This document shows, in pieces, positions 63,140 through 64,000 of a stretch of 64,000 bases of DNA (position 1 is the stretch's first letter; each line of letters opens with the position of its first letter). The notes under the pieces were generated by a model. It worked only from the letters and a program-made list of their open reading frames with translations. It was not told where the DNA came from and did no database searches. The DNA comes from Myxococcales bacterium. GTDB taxonomy: Bacteria; Myxococcota_A; UBA9042; JABWCM01; BTVJ01. The stretch lies in the NCBI GenBank assembly GCA_045863395.1, contig BTVJ01000012.1, positions 1 to 64,000 of the forward strand, read 5' to 3'. A program made the position numbers and the translations under genes.

Positions 63140-64000
63140 TGTGCGGCATCGCCGGGATCGTGGGACGTCACGCCGCAGGGGCGGTCCCCGTCGTGGAGCG
63201 GATGGTGGCCCGGATGCGGACGCGGGGCCCTGACCACGCGGCCACCCGCGACGCAGGCGGGGCGGTGCTCGGGCACGCGCGGCTGTCGATCCTCGACCTG
63301 AACCCCCGGTCGCACCAGCCGATGTCCGACCCGTCCGGGCGGTTCACGATCACCTACAACGGCGAGGTCTACAACTTCCAGGACATCGCCCGGGACCTGG
63401 AGACGGCGGGCCACCGGCTGCGCACGACGTCCGACACGGAGGTGGTCCTCCGCGCCTTCATGGAGTGGGGCACGGCCGCGTTCGCCCGGTTCAACGGCAT
63501 GTTCGCGCTCGGCATCTGGGACCGCGCCGAGCGCACCCTCGTCCTCGCGCGGGACCGCTTCGGCAAGAAGCCCCTCTACTACTCCACCTCCGACGGCGTG
63601 GCCTTCGCGTCCGACCTCGCTGCGCTGCGGGAGGACCCGGCCGCCGCGGCCGCGCCCGTGAGCGTCGAGGCCGTCAACCACTTCCTGGCCATGGGGTACG
63701 TCCTCGGCCCCCTGACCCTCTACGAGGGCATCGCGCGCATCCCGCCGGCCACCGTCGCCGTGTTCCGGGACGGACACGCGCGCATGGAGCGCTTCTGGGA
63801 CTACGGCGCCGCGTTCCGCCGCCCGTACCGGGGCTCTCCGGCGGACGCGGCGGCAGACGTCCGCGACGCCCTCGAGCAGGCCGTCCGCCGCCGCCTCATC
63901 AGCGATGTGCCCGTCGGGTGCTTCCTCAGCGGCGGGGTCGACTCGAGCGCGGTCACGGCGTTCGCCCGGCGCCACCTCGCCTACGACGTGCACTCGTTCT
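63139..64000 (+). CDS. asnB: Asparagine synthase (glutamine-hydrolysing), truncated by the window edge
   Basis: MCGIAG, RGPD, LGHARLSILDL, YNGEVYNF, SDTEV, RDRFGKKPLYY, SDVPVGCFLSGGVDSS; absent from the track because it has no stop in the window. Confidence 0.93.
   Translation, partial: MCGIAGIVGRHAAGAVPVVERMVARMRTRGPDHAATRDAGGAVLGHARLSILDLNPRSHQPMSDPSGRFTITYNGEVYNFQDIARDLETAGHRLRTTSDTEVVLRAFMEWGTAAFARFNGMFALGIWDRAERTLVLARDRFGKKPLYYSTSDGVAFASDLAALREDPAAAAAPVSVEAVNHFLAMGYVLGPLTLYEGIARIPPATVAVFRDGHARMERFWDYGAAFRRPYRGSPADAAADVRDALEQAVRRRLISDVPVGCFLSGGVDSSAVTAFARRHLAYDVHSF

Noticed and set aside
63139..64000. asnB as a lasso peptide cyclase
   Set aside because: Intact MCGIAG glutaminase domain, no precursor or B protein seen; the neighbouring GT-C-like gene suggests a glycan locus.

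Overview
High-GC window, most likely from a Myxococcota/deltaproteobacterial genome: it has a MYXO-CTERM-like sorting tail, an AgmX/PglI-type domain and many Cys-rich lipoproteins. About 47 real CDS are supported; most long ORFs in the track are GC-rich antisense or shadow frames. The standout is a minus-strand operon (13223 to the left edge) that looks like an unusually elaborate His-Xaa-Ser (HxS) RiPP system. A 102-aa precursor ending in HCS-HAS-(HGS)13-W sits between two paralogous double radical SAM enzymes. Also in the cluster are two Cys-rich lipoproteins, a twitch-type radical SAM, a divergent UbiA-family protein, a B12-binding radical SAM fused to a second radical SAM domain, and a single radical SAM. 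That makes 8 radical SAM domains in 5 proteins. A near-consensus sigma70 promoter for the precursor lies inside the upstream gene's tail. The rest of the window is mostly housekeeping and envelope genes (serC, truD, SDR, LMW-PTP, L,D-transpeptidase, Slt, greA, maf, yggS, deoC, activase/dehydratase pair, CPA2 antiporter, asnB). Smaller oddities are a DeoC with a microcompartment-type N-terminus, a HEAT-hydrolase lacking its nucleophile, an EAD1-like membrane protein and two palindromic operators. No rRNA, tRNA, IS element or CRISPR array was recognised. All family calls come from motif reading, not database searches.
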